Shown here: positions 25,449 through 34,789 of the stretch, one piece after another
Layout: each line of letters begins with the position of its first letter
How positions within the stretch are numbered: position 1 is the first letter of the stretch
NCBI GenBank assembly: GCA_035352635.1
Contig: DAOPYA010000003.1
Coordinates: forward strand, 21,506-85,505
Length of the DNA stretch: 64,000 bases
Origin: Candidatus Rifleibacterium sp.
GTDB lineage: Bacteria; Muiribacteriota; Ozemobacteria; Ozemobacterales; Ozemobacteraceae
Reading direction: 5' to 3'
Notes under the pieces: generated by a model
The model's input: the letters and a program-made list of their open reading frames with translations, nothing else
Told to the model about the DNA's origin: nothing
Databases searched by the model: none
Made by a program: the position numbers and the translations under genes

Positions 25449-28160
25449 TCAGTCACCAGCCGGAATAACAGCTGAATCAAGATTGAGGGCTTCGGGTTCT
25501 TCGACGCTATAGGGGTGGAAAACGCCGTTGTATAGTTCTGAATTATCAGATTCAGAGAGGCCCATGTTCATCTGCACATCGTCTTTGATCTTTTCGAAAG
25601 CCAGAATGATTTCTTTGTAGCCTTCGAGTTCGGTGTTCAGGTCGCTCAGAAGGTTTTTCGGATGATAGCCATCTTTGCTGAAGAAGATGAACTTTTTGCG
25701 GGTATCAGAATTTGAATCATCGGCGACTTCAGTGAAGTCTTCGACTTCGTTCATATAGAGATTGGTGAATTTTTCGAGTTCTTCATAGGCCGGGTACAGG
25801 TCTGAGAGCCAGTCAAAGAAGGTTTTGCCCTTCACGTCAAGGAAAGTGCCTTCTTTAAGAAACTTGGCAATATCATAGTTGGTGAATTCTTTGCTGAAGT
25901 CATCCATGGCGGCACGTTTTTCGTCGCCAAGTTCGCGCATCATCACGGCAGTGTCGAGGTTTTTCTTGATGGTGGCTACCATGAGAACCACTTCGGCGGC
26001 TTTCTGGCTAACCGAGATCGGGTCATAGGTCAGAGCTTTTTCGATGTCGGTGAGATAGATCTTGATGATATTTCGCGGGGTTTCTTTGCCATTAGCCTTG
26101 TTCCAGCGCCAGCCGAAAGCTTTCTGGCAATCTTTCATCAGGTCTTTGTGCTCACGTTCAGGGTCAATGTTATAGCATTCAACGAGGCGACCCAGAGCCT
26201 TGCGCATTTTCTGGGAGTATTTGAGGTGCTCGTTGCGGATGAAATCAACCATTTTGTCGCTGTCTTTGATACCGGCCTTGACCTGTTCGCGGGCAGCCTT
26301 GATCTGTTCTTTGAAGAACATCATTTCTTTGACGCCAATCTGGAAGGCATCACTATTGAAGGCCTGGATAAGAAGGTCTTCGTTCCAGGCACCGGTGTCG
26401 ATGCCGACCAGCGGGATGTAATTGAAGGGAGACTGCTCTATGCGCAGACCAACTACGTCAAAGATGCCACCATGATATTTGTTGGCGGTGATCCAGTTCT
26501 GATATTTTTTGATCAGAACGTAGTCAGGGTTAAAGAACACTTTGAGAATATTGTATTCATCGATAGTCTTCTTGTAATCACGTGACTGAATCTTGTCGCC
26601 TGCCCAGCTGACATAGGTCATCGGGTTGATTGCATGACCAACTTTGCCCCAGAAACCGCGGTTTTTGGCCTTTTCAGATTCCACTTCGGTCGGTTTCCAT
26701 GACATGTAGTCGGCTTTCATGGTCCAGAGTTCCTGTAGGCGTTCCATGCCGAAGTCGGGCAGTGAGAAGCCCTTGCGGCTGTAATAGCTCATCAGCACGC
26801 CCTGTTTTTCGAGTTCGGCATAAACACGCAGATTCTTTTCGTGAATTGCTTTCTGTTCTTCGTCTGAAGGGGCCTGACTCTTCACGAAATCGCCGTAGTG
26901 GTTCTCGGTAACAAGCAGAGCTGCAGCCTTTTCTTCGGCTTTCAGCTGCCCGCGGTTATCGTAGAAAGACTTAAATTCAGGGTCGTTTTCGTAGAGATAC
27001 CAGTATGAATTCTTGTAGGCGGCTTTCCAGCGCTTGTTGTATTTGCCGAGCTGGTCACCAAGGGTCGTAACCAGAGCCCACACAAGCGCAATGGCACCGA
27101 TAACCTGCCCGACCACCGGAATACAGAACATGGCGATCAGGGTTGCGGTACCAAGCGCGAGGCCGACATAGTTTTTAACGAGTGAATAAGAGTTGTAGCG
27201 ACCGCCCTGGCGGTCTTCGGACTTGATGATGCCATAAGAATCAAGGGCAATACCGACAACACACAGGCCGATGCCAACGGTGTGGCCCCAACCCTTGGCG
27301 TCGCCAATGACCGTAGCGCCTTTATTGGTGCTGATACCGGCTTTTTTAGCAACTTTGCGATAGGTTTCGACATTTTCGAGACCGGTTTTGCGGGCTACCC
27401 AACGCCAGTATGAATAAAAACCTTCGCCCGGGCCGGCTTTGTAGCCGCATGGAGGTGCCATGTGACTGAGGAAAGTGCCAACATTCTTGGCGCTGAAAGT
27501 TTTCTGGGCTTTGGATGCGAGGTCGCCCATCTTCTGGAAACCGCTCATCAGATTCGCTTTGCGCTGAATGAAGCCAACGCCTTTTTTGTAAAGGCGCGTA
27601 TTTCCGATGGCGTCACCAGTGAATTTGGCGGCGGTTGAAACCTTCTGCATGGCCCATTTGGCACCACGGGCCACACCCGAGTTAGCAACTGCCTGGGTAG
27701 CGGTTTCCATGCCGGCAAGAACTTTGAGAGCCGGCTGCGAGTGAACCAGAAACGAAAATGCCATGGTCGCTTTTGAAGCAGCCATACAAACGGCTTTAAA
27801 ATAGTATGGGGTATTGGTGAAATGAGGCGACATGTCGCTGAGCGTGCTGTAGAAACTGAACACGTCAGTACAACCGTCGTCCATCATGGCGTAGGCACCA
27901 GAAATACTGGTCATCCATTCGCCCCAGGCGATGGCCTCAGCCTCTTCTTTGGTGCGACCACGCAACGAGAGCATGTATTCTAGATAATCAGCGGGCGCGA
28001 CAATTTCGTTGATATCTTCGATGCCCTCAATGCCTTCAGTATTCAGAATCGGCTGCGGAACATCATCGTTAGCAAAAGCCACATTGATGACGAACGGCTC
28101 AAATGCCAGCCAGAAAGCCAGAAAGAATATCAGCAAATTATAACGACCACGAATCTTCAT
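25449..28160 (-). CDS. large orphan membrane protein (903 aa), function unknown
   Basis: N-terminal signal peptide or anchor, two central TM helices (GIGLCVVGIALDSYGII; LALGTATLIAMFCIPVVGQVIGAIALVWALV) and a K/E/D/Y/F/N-rich C-terminal half. No recognisable motif. The gene looks AT-richer than its neighbours by eye. Confidence 0.5.
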   Translation of the reverse strand: MKIRGRYNLLIFFLAFWLAFEPFVINVAFANDDVPQPILNTEGIEGIEDINEIVAPADYLEYMLSLRGRTKEEAEAIAWGEWMTSISGAYAMMDDGCTDVFSFYSTLSDMSPHFTNTPYYFKAVCMAASKATMAFSFLVHSQPALKVLAGMETATQAVANSGVARGAKWAMQKVSTAAKFTGDAIGNTRLYKKGVGFIQRKANLMSGFQKMGDLASKAQKTFSAKNVGTFLSHMAPPCGYKAGPGEGFYSYWRWVARKTGLENVETYRKVAKKAGISTNKGATVIGDAKGWGHTVGIGLCVVGIALDSYGIIKSEDRQGGRYNSYSLVKNYVGLALGTATLIAMFCIPVVGQVIGAIALVWALVTTLGDQLGKYNKRWKAAYKNSYWYLYENDPEFKSFYDNRGQLKAEEKAAALLVTENHYGDFVKSQAPSDEEQKAIHEKNLRVYAELEKQGVLMSYYSRKGFSLPDFGMERLQELWTMKADYMSWKPTEVESEKAKNRGFWGKVGHAINPMTYVSWAGDKIQSRDYKKTIDEYNILKVFFNPDYVLIKKYQNWITANKYHGGIFDVVGLRIEQSPFNYIPLVGIDTGAWNEDLLIQAFNSDAFQIGVKEMMFFKEQIKAAREQVKAGIKDSDKMVDFIRNEHLKYSQKMRKALGRLVECYNIDPEREHKDLMKDCQKAFGWRWNKANGKETPRNIIKIYLTDIEKALTYDPISVSQKAAEVVLMVATIKKNLDTAVMMRELGDEKRAAMDDFSKEFTNYDIAKFLKEGTFLDVKGKTFFDWLSDLYPAYEELEKFTNLYMNEVEDFTEVADDSNSDTRKKFIFFSKDGYHPKNLLSDLNTELEGYKEIILAFEKIKDDVQMNMGLSESDNSELYNGVFHPYSVEEPEALNLDSAVIPAGD

Positions 28161-28247
28161 AATGCCCTCCCATTGACGACATACATCACAAGTGTACAGC
28201 TACAATAATACCTCAATTGTAACAGATAAGTTTTGCAAACCGTAACC

Positions 28248-29573
28248 CTATTCTGACGATTCACCGGTCAGCATGTTTTCCTGGCAGGCAACCACGTATG
28301 TACAGGCCAGATCGCCAGTAACGTTGTTCATGGTTTCAAACATGTCAAGAATCGGGTTGATGCCGAGAGCAAAGGCAACCACCTGCGAAACCTGCATTTC
28401 ATTGAGGCCCATGCTGTTAAGAATAATAAACAGCAGCATCAGGCTGCCACCCGGAATACCACCGGCACCAACCGCAGCCAGAACCGTGGTGAACACCAGA
28501 ACAACCAGGTCACCAAAACCCAGCTGAATGCCGAAAATATTGGCAGCCAGAATAGCAAACATTGGCAGGTGAATACAGACGCCATCCATGTTCACGGTCG
28601 AGCCGAGCGGCAGTGAGAAATCGGCGAGTTCGCGCCTGATCTGCAAAGCGTCAGCGGCCTTGAGAGTTACCGGCAGAGTCGCACCAGAACTTCGGGTGAC
28701 AAAGGCGGTTATCATTGCTTCCTGGGCATATTTAAAAAAGCGCAACGGACTCGAATTGGTCAGAAGTTTGATCATCAGTGAGTAAACAATCAAGATCATC
28801 ATTATGATCCCGCAGATGACGCCAAGACCGATGTTAAGATACGGGCCAGCCAGCTCAGGGCCGTGTTGTGTAAAGTTGACAATCGTCAACGCCAGAATGC
28901 CAATCGGTGCGTAGTCCATGATCCAGTCAACCATGACAAATAAAATGCGATTTATGGCCGAAGCGGTTGCCGGCATGGCAGTCAGGGCATCGGTATCGGC
29001 ATCTCTTTTGCCTTCATCGGCGGCATCGAGCAGCACCCGCAGAGCCAGACCGGCCAGAATCGCAAAGACGATCACCGCCAGGAAGTTTCCCTCGGCAAGG
29101 GCTTTAAAGGGATTCTCGAACATGCTCATAAAAACAGCGGTCAAAGAAGTGGCTCCGGCAGCGGAAACTGCTGGAATACCTGCGGCCGCTGCCTCACCCG
29201 TTGAAAGTTGCATGCCATCGCGCCCGGGGTTGATGCCGAGGGCAAATAAAGTGCCAATTAACGCCGCGAAGAAAGATGTGGCCATATAGAGAACAATGAC
29301 CCGCAGGCCGATGCGCCCGAATTTTTTTAACGGCAAGCTGGCGGCACCCTGAAAAAGAGAGAAGAAAATCAGCGGCACAACGATCATCTTAAGCATTTTA
29401 ACAAGAACCAGGCCGAACGGTGACAACCAGGCGTCGAGGCTCCCCTTGAGGGCAACACCGTAATTTGCTTCGGCATACCAGCAAACAATGCCGGTTAGAG
29501 CGCCAATTATGAATGCGCCGAGCATGCGATAAAGAATCGGAACAGCACGATACCTGGCAATAATACCCATCAA
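28248..29573 (-). CDS. dicarboxylate/amino acid:cation symporter (DAACS/SDF family, GltP/DctA-like)
   Basis: Polytopic membrane protein carrying the conserved NMDG motif (GSTVNMDGVCIHL) and the typical SDF fold pattern. Confidence 0.85.
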   Translation of the reverse strand: MMGIIARYRAVPILYRMLGAFIIGALTGIVCWYAEANYGVALKGSLDAWLSPFGLVLVKMLKMIVVPLIFFSLFQGAASLPLKKFGRIGLRVIVLYMATSFFAALIGTLFALGINPGRDGMQLSTGEAAAAGIPAVSAAGATSLTAVFMSMFENPFKALAEGNFLAVIVFAILAGLALRVLLDAADEGKRDADTDALTAMPATASAINRILFVMVDWIMDYAPIGILALTIVNFTQHGPELAGPYLNIGLGVICGIIMMILIVYSLMIKLLTNSSPLRFFKYAQEAMITAFVTRSSGATLPVTLKAADALQIRRELADFSLPLGSTVNMDGVCIHLPMFAILAANIFGIQLGFGDLVVLVFTTVLAAVGAGGIPGGSLMLLFIILNSMGLNEMQVSQVVAFALGINPILDMFETMNNVTGDLACTYVVACQENMLTGESSE

Positions 29574-29634
29574 TTCACCTCGTTATCCGGCAGTTTTTCT
29601 ATTTATACCACGGCCACTTCGCGCTGCCAACAAG

Positions 29635-29677
29635 CCCATAAAACAAACGTCGGGGTTCAACATGTTGAACCCCGACG
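29635..29677 (-). terminator. rho-independent terminator for the lipoprotein gene (minus strand)
   Basis: Perfect palindrome CGTCGGGGTTCAAC-atg-TTGAACCCCGACG, followed on the minus strand by TTTGTTTTAT. Confidence 0.5.
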
Positions 29678-29711
29678 AGTCAGAAACCAGTGGAAAAAAA
29701 TTACAGAACCG

Positions 29712-30266
29712 TCAGATACCACCCACATCGGTCGAGAGATAGGGCAGGCCTTTGATGATTTTCCAGGTGCCGCTTTCGTTTTTCCAGGTGAGGGTCGGGC
29801 TGGGGTCAAGGGTGGTTTTGAGTGATTCGAAACCGCCGGCGGCGCCTTCTTTGCGAACAACATAAATCGACATGGCGGTAGTCACGGCGATGGTGCCATC
29901 TTCGTTGACCTTATGAGCAGTCGGAACAAAGCTGTATTCATTGATGGTATAGCGCTTCACCCGGCTGAGGGTGGTTGTTTCAAGGTCAGTTCGGGCTGCC
30001 GAACCTGCGGCATTGACAAAATCGGCCGAAATTTCTGCCATAAATGAAGAAACGCGCTGTTCGGCAGTCTGAGAGCTTTCTTTGAGAACAGAATCAAGTT
30101 TAACGTAAGAAGCGGCGATTGTCGGGTAATCTTCTTGCAGTTTCAGATCGAAGTTGGGGTCAGGAGGTGGCGCAACCGGGTTACCGCCACCACCACCGCC
30201 ACCGCAGCCCAACAGGGCAAGAGAGATGCAAAATAGGGTAACAAGGCCGGCAAATTGCAGTTTCAT
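29712..30266 (-). CDS. lipoprotein, function unknown
   Basis: Lipobox LALLGC followed by a poly-Gly linker (GCGGGGGGGN). No catalytic motif. Confidence 0.5.
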   Translation of the reverse strand: MKLQFAGLVTLFCISLALLGCGGGGGGGNPVAPPPDPNFDLKLQEDYPTIAASYVKLDSVLKESSQTAEQRVSSFMAEISADFVNAAGSAARTDLETTTLSRVKRYTINEYSFVPTAHKVNEDGTIAVTTAMSIYVVRKEGAAGGFESLKTTLDPSPTLTWKNESGTWKIIKGLPYLSTDVGGI

Positions 30267-30386
30267 GCTTTAACTCCAACAACAGAATGAGAATCATTTT
30301 CGTTGAGGATTATACACGAATCGGTACACTTTGCCAAACATGTTCACTTGCCCATTGGGGCAAACCCGACCGGCAGGCAGAATTGA

Positions 30387-31553
30387 TCAGTTGAATTTTA
30401 TATCTCGCAGGTCGCCGAGGCCGCTGAAAACGGCTTCCCAGGTGGTGCCGACCCGCAGTTTCATGAACTGCTCAAGAGTCAATGGCTTGTTATGGAGTTC
30501 TTTAATTTCGACTTCGCTTGAATTATCGAGTCTTTTCGCCTTGACGCTGTAGTTTTCGGTTCGTGATTTTTCTGACAGGTCGCCAACTTTTGGCGGCACA
30601 TTGTTAGCGACACCGGAATCAGGCCAGCGAGGCTCGTCGGTGGCACCCTGGAGTTGGACAGGAGCAAAGGCAACCCAGCGTTCGATGTCGTAGGTCACCT
30701 CTTCGTCATAAACAGGCTCTTTGCGGAATTTTTGACGCCTGACGCGGCGGGTGCGCTCTTCTTCTTTGTATTCTGGCACCATCTTGTATTTGATTTTAAA
30801 GCGCCCGTTGCCCAGATCGACTTTGCCGTCTTCGACCTGTTTTTCGCCGACTTTAACCTTTTGGGTGTAGGTTTCATCGACTTCTTCAAAACCATCGGGG
30901 ATTTCTTTGTGTGAACGAACCTTGCGTTCGCTGCCTAATTTTCTGGCTTCGGCCGGAACTTCTTTAACCCAGGCCTGTTCGCGAACCGTCTTATATTCGT
31001 TGCGTTCAATAATGCGAACCCAGCTGTTTGCGGTTATCTCGATTTTCACTGCCTTTTCGTAGCAACTGAAAGCAGTAAGGATCATGAAAAGCAGAATAAA
31101 AACGCCACAGCCGGCCTTCAGCCAGAGAGGTGCCGGCGGCGGCGGTTGCGCCGGCCCGGATGGTTCATGGCCGTTTGCTTTGGCGCTCTTTTTTTCTGAG
31201 CCGGGGGGGATTTCTTTTACGGCACGGTTTTTGCCGGCCGAGCGGTCAGAACCGCAACCAGTGCATTTTTTTGCAGCAGCTGGGCTCATATTGCTGCAGA
31301 AGGGGCATATCCAGTCTGGGCCAGACATGGCCTCGGCCAGTTCGGCCTCGTCGGTTATCGCTTTAGCACCGTCTTCAACATAAAACTGCACGTTTTCGCT
31401 GCGCACAGCACCGCAGTCATTGCATTGCTGGGCTGAACCACGATTTTTGGCATTACAGTTCGGGCAATCCCAGAAACCTTCAACTATTTCTTCGACGACC
31501 CGCACGTCATCTTTCTTGGCCCCTGAATTTTTTGTATTGCTGTTTTCGTTCAT
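30387..31553 (-). CDS. double zinc-ribbon (DZR) membrane protein, function unknown
   Basis: N-terminus has two CxxC...CxxC ribbons (CPNCNAKN..CNDCGA; CPFCSN..CTGCGS), then a Pro-rich stretch, one TM helix (VFILLFMILTAF) and a charged C-terminal domain. Confidence 0.5.
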   Translation of the reverse strand: MNENSNTKNSGAKKDDVRVVEEIVEGFWDCPNCNAKNRGSAQQCNDCGAVRSENVQFYVEDGAKAITDEAELAEAMSGPDWICPFCSNMSPAAAKKCTGCGSDRSAGKNRAVKEIPPGSEKKSAKANGHEPSGPAQPPPPAPLWLKAGCGVFILLFMILTAFSCYEKAVKIEITANSWVRIIERNEYKTVREQAWVKEVPAEARKLGSERKVRSHKEIPDGFEEVDETYTQKVKVGEKQVEDGKVDLGNGRFKIKYKMVPEYKEEERTRRVRRQKFRKEPVYDEEVTYDIERWVAFAPVQLQGATDEPRWPDSGVANNVPPKVGDLSEKSRTENYSVKAKRLDNSSEVEIKELHNKPLTLEQFMKLRVGTTWEAVFSGLGDLRDIKFN

Positions 31554-31803
31554 CTCAATCGCTCCAATGTTTTTTCAATGCACAATCTGCCCACGCAACT
31601 GTTTTACAGCAGAGCAAAGGTGGACAGCCAAAGAACAGAAAGGTCAGTTAGTTATCTTAAGTATCCGAGTTCTCATTATTCTCTATATTTGAACTTATAC
31701 CATAAAATCGGATTTTTTTCTAAAAAACTTGTTTTTTGTCTATAAACCCACGTCTGAGGCTCCAGAATGAGTATTTATCGGGGAGGTCGGGTTGCATACT
31801 GGT

Positions 31804-31940
31804 CGCTTCGACAGGCTCAGCGACCGGCAAGAGTGCGACAAGATTCGCTTCGACAGGCTCAGCGACCGGTGAGACTGCGACAACTTTCGCTTCGACAGGC
31901 TCAACGAACGATTGGGTTGCGAACGGTTGGGTAGCGACAG
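31804..31940. repeat. 42-bp tandem direct repeat, about 3 copies, third degenerate
   Basis: CGCTTCGACAGGCTCAGCGACCGG(C/T)(A/G)AGA(G/C)TGCGACAA(G/C)(A/T)TT at 31804-31845 and 31846-31887, with a diverged copy at 31888-31940. It lies in the intergenic region downstream of the NHL gene. Confidence 0.7.
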
Positions 31941-31941
31941 G

Positions 31942-33249
31942 TCAGTAGGAGTCTTTTGGGGGAGCGGGTGGTGGCAGGAGTTCTTCGAGTTTTTGTGGTG
32001 GCGGGGGCGGCTCAGGCATTGGGCAGCGTGGAAACTGCTGGAAATTAGGCCCGCGAAAGATCTGAATCCGGCCGTTTCCGGTGTCGAGAACATAAAGGTC
32101 GCCGTTTGGCCCGAATCTGGCTTCATGTGGCCTGACGAAGCGCCCTTCGCCAGTTCCAAAGCCGCCGATAATCTGTTTGATGTTGTGTTCGGCATCGAGA
32201 ATAAGCACTTTGTGGTTGCCGGTATCGGCGATGGCGAGCCAGCCGTCGGGCGTGCAATCGATGCCATTCGGGTAGCGGAGCGTATAACCTGGCCACCTGA
32301 TGAGTTCAGCCTTTTTCTGCATGTTGTTCTCAAAGACCATGACGCGGTGATTGCCGTTGTCGGTAAGGTAGATATCGCCGTTCAGGCCGACCCAGACTCG
32401 GGTAATATCTTTAAACTGGCGATAATCACGCCCCGACATGTGATGCATGTGGCCAAGACGCTTTGAGGGCTTGAGATCGGCACCAAAAATCTGCAGGCGG
32501 TTTCCCTGAACACGCTGGCGCTGAAGAAAATCGAGGCCCAGGCCGCGGATATATTTGCTGCGTGGTTCGGTCACGTAAAGCTGACCGGCACAATCGACAT
32601 CAATACCAAGCGGATGGTTGAAATAACCGTTTTTCCAGCCTTCCTGGCCGAGAACCCATTTAACTTCACCGTTGAGTTTCAATGCCTTGATGCGGTGGTT
32701 TCCGGTGTCGGCGATGAGCATGGTCGAGGTTCCAAGCCAGGCAATGCCGACCGGAAGGTTGAAGTGATCCATTGGCACGTTTTCGCCGGGTCTGATTCGA
32801 CTCTGGCTATGCTGATAGGCACGCCCCACAAGATAGTTCGGGTCACGGCCATGCAGATAATCTTTTTCGCGGTAGGCATCGTTCGAGTCAATTGGTTTGG
32901 TGCGGTCATCCCAGGGCCAGAGGTCGCCATAGATCATTTCGAGCTTCAATGGCTGGGTGGCGGTCGGCGAATTATCAACCGAAAATAGCTGCAACCGATT
33001 GTTATGGGTATCAGAAACCACCAGCAACCGGCCATCGGGCGAAAAAGCCATGCCTTCAGGCTGATAAAATCGACCATCTTCATTACCATGCCCGGCATAC
33101 AAAGTCAGAAACTGATAGAAATCATCAGCGACAACTACAGAAACCGGCAATGTAAGCAGCAAAAGAAACACAGCCGCAAGATAAAATTCTTTTATTAGAG
33201 GTTTCACTGGTTCAATTCCATTATCCCGTATTTCAATTCGCTTCAGCAC
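31942..33249 (-). CDS. NHL-repeat beta-propeller protein with Pro-rich C-terminus, membrane-anchored or secreted
   Basis: N-terminal hydrophobic segment and repeated NHL-like units (FSPDGRLLVVSDTHNNRLQLFS; IADTGNHRIKALK; LTDNGNHRVMVFE; IADTGNHKVLILD; VLDTGNGRIQIFRGP). C-terminus PEPPPPPQKLEELLPPPAPP. Confidence 0.75.
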   Translation of the reverse strand: MLKRIEIRDNGIEPVKPLIKEFYLAAVFLLLLTLPVSVVVADDFYQFLTLYAGHGNEDGRFYQPEGMAFSPDGRLLVVSDTHNNRLQLFSVDNSPTATQPLKLEMIYGDLWPWDDRTKPIDSNDAYREKDYLHGRDPNYLVGRAYQHSQSRIRPGENVPMDHFNLPVGIAWLGTSTMLIADTGNHRIKALKLNGEVKWVLGQEGWKNGYFNHPLGIDVDCAGQLYVTEPRSKYIRGLGLDFLQRQRVQGNRLQIFGADLKPSKRLGHMHHMSGRDYRQFKDITRVWVGLNGDIYLTDNGNHRVMVFENNMQKKAELIRWPGYTLRYPNGIDCTPDGWLAIADTGNHKVLILDAEHNIKQIIGGFGTGEGRFVRPHEARFGPNGDLYVLDTGNGRIQIFRGPNFQQFPRCPMPEPPPPPQKLEELLPPPAPPKDSY

Positions 33250-33639
33250 GATTATTCAGGTCTGCAAAACATCATGAAAGCTGATTCAACGGCCCGTTAA
33301 GCACAATTCGTGATGCCTGCCCACAGTTTCAATACCAGAAAATTTTACCATACCTTCATCAATGAAAAAGCATGAAGTTTCGCGCAGCGTGTTTTATTAC
33401 TAACCAACAAAGAGCCTTTCACAGCTTTTCATGGTTTAGAGCGACAGAATTTCGCGAATGCATTGCAGCCACAGGAAAAACAAAACCAGTCGAGCAAGAA
33501 CGACTGAGCGCAGGTCGCGAAATTGCCGGAGCGTCTGCGAATACAGGGCTGTTAGACCAGCAACAACGACTAATAAATGAGCAGAACACTTATTTAAGGC
33601 CGGATTCAGCATTACTTTTGGTTATACATTTGTCATTCC

Positions 33640-33668
33640 TTGACCGTGGGTGGCAGGTTTGTTATTAT
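33640..33668 (+). promoter_or_regulatory. putative sigma70 promoter for mtnA
   Basis: TTGACC-N17-TATTAT, with the -10 ending about 60 nt upstream of the mtnA ATG. Confidence 0.4.
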
Positions 33669-33727
33669 CCACTACTGAATATTGATGTTTTGCTTCATAC
33701 GTCGCGACTCCACAGGGCGGAAAAACT

Positions 33728-34789
33728 ATGATAGATGCTGTCTCTTACCACAGCGAATCGGGCAGCCTGGAGCTGCTCGACCAGACTTTGCTGCCCGTTG
33801 ACACGAAAATATTGCGCTGCCATGATGAGCACGAAGTAGCGCATGCCATAGTCACCATGAAGGTGCGAGGTGCTCCGGCTATCGGCGTTGCCGCGGCTTA
33901 TGGCATCGCCCTTGGTCTGGCCAGCCGCGCCAACCAGCCCGGGAACCTTGATCAGGCCCTCGATTACGTCTGCAAGTTGCTCGCGGCTACCAGGCCGACG
34001 GCTGTTAACTTGTTCTGGGCCATCGAACGGGTCAAAAAGGCAGTTAAAGAGCAGGCGGGCGGCGATTTTGCCGTAGCTGCGGCCGTTGCCCTTAAAGAGG
34101 CTCATGCCATCAAAGCCGAAGATATCGAAATGTGCCGCAGAATCGGGCATTTTGGCGCCAGTCTGCTGAAAGACGGCGACACATGGCTGACCCACTGTAA
34201 TGCCGGGGCCTTGGCCACTGCGGGTTATGGCACCGCGCTCGGGGTTTTTCGGGCAGCCCGCGAGCAGGGCAGAAAATTCAAAATTTTTGTTGATGAGACC
34301 CGGCCGTTGCTGCAGGGCGCCAGACTCACCGCCTGGGAACTATCTCAAGAAGGCTTTGACGCCACTCTCATCTGCGACAACATGGCCGGCAGCCTGATTC
34401 GCGATGATCGAGTTCAGGGTGTCGTCGTCGGAGCCGACCGCATCACCGCCAAAGGCTTTGTTGCCAACAAAATCGGCACTTACCCTCTTGCCGTGCTGGC
34501 CAAATACAACGGAGTGCCATTCTATGTGGCTGCCCCGGCTTCGACCTTCGATCTTGGCATTTCTTACGGCAACGAGATCAAAATTGAAGAGCGCGACCAC
34601 AATGAAGTCAGATTTATCGGCGGTGTTCAAATCGCGCCCGACAACATGCCGGTTTATAATCCGGCATTTGACGTCACCCCGCCCGAACTGATCACAGCCA
34701 TCATTACCGACCGCGGCATTATCAGGCCGATCTATGGCGAAACTATCCCTGAAGTGATCGGCAGACCGCCAGCCGGAAAAGCATCATGA
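33728..34789 (+). CDS. mtnA: S-methyl-5-thioribose-1-phosphate isomerase (eIF-2B alpha/beta/delta-like family)
   Basis: RGAPAIGVAAAYGIALG...VVGADRITAKGFVANKIGTY, length 353 aa. Confidence 0.85.
   Translation: MIDAVSYHSESGSLELLDQTLLPVDTKILRCHDEHEVAHAIVTMKVRGAPAIGVAAAYGIALGLASRANQPGNLDQALDYVCKLLAATRPTAVNLFWAIERVKKAVKEQAGGDFAVAAAVALKEAHAIKAEDIEMCRRIGHFGASLLKDGDTWLTHCNAGALATAGYGTALGVFRAAREQGRKFKIFVDETRPLLQGARLTAWELSQEGFDATLICDNMAGSLIRDDRVQGVVVGADRITAKGFVANKIGTYPLAVLAKYNGVPFYVAAPASTFDLGISYGNEIKIEERDHNEVRFIGGVQIAPDNMPVYNPAFDVTPPELITAIITDRGIIRPIYGETIPEVIGRPPAGKAS

Noticed and set aside
31804-31940. Possibility that the 42-bp repeats are a mini CRISPR array
   Set aside because: The units are directly adjacent with no spacers, and no cas genes lie nearby, so this is a plain tandem repeat.
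31740-32333. 197-aa minus ORF spanning the tandem repeats and NHL 3' end; plus ORF 31736-31948 with repetitive STGSATG peptides
   Set aside because: Both are generated by reading through the 42-bp DNA tandem repeat and overlap the NHL gene out of frame. The repeat-derived low-complexity translation is not credible coding.
33372-33731. 119-aa plus ORF in the long intergenic region upstream of mtnA
   Set aside because: It has no RBS and no motif, reads across the predicted mtnA promoter and ends inside the mtnA start region, so it is likely non-coding.
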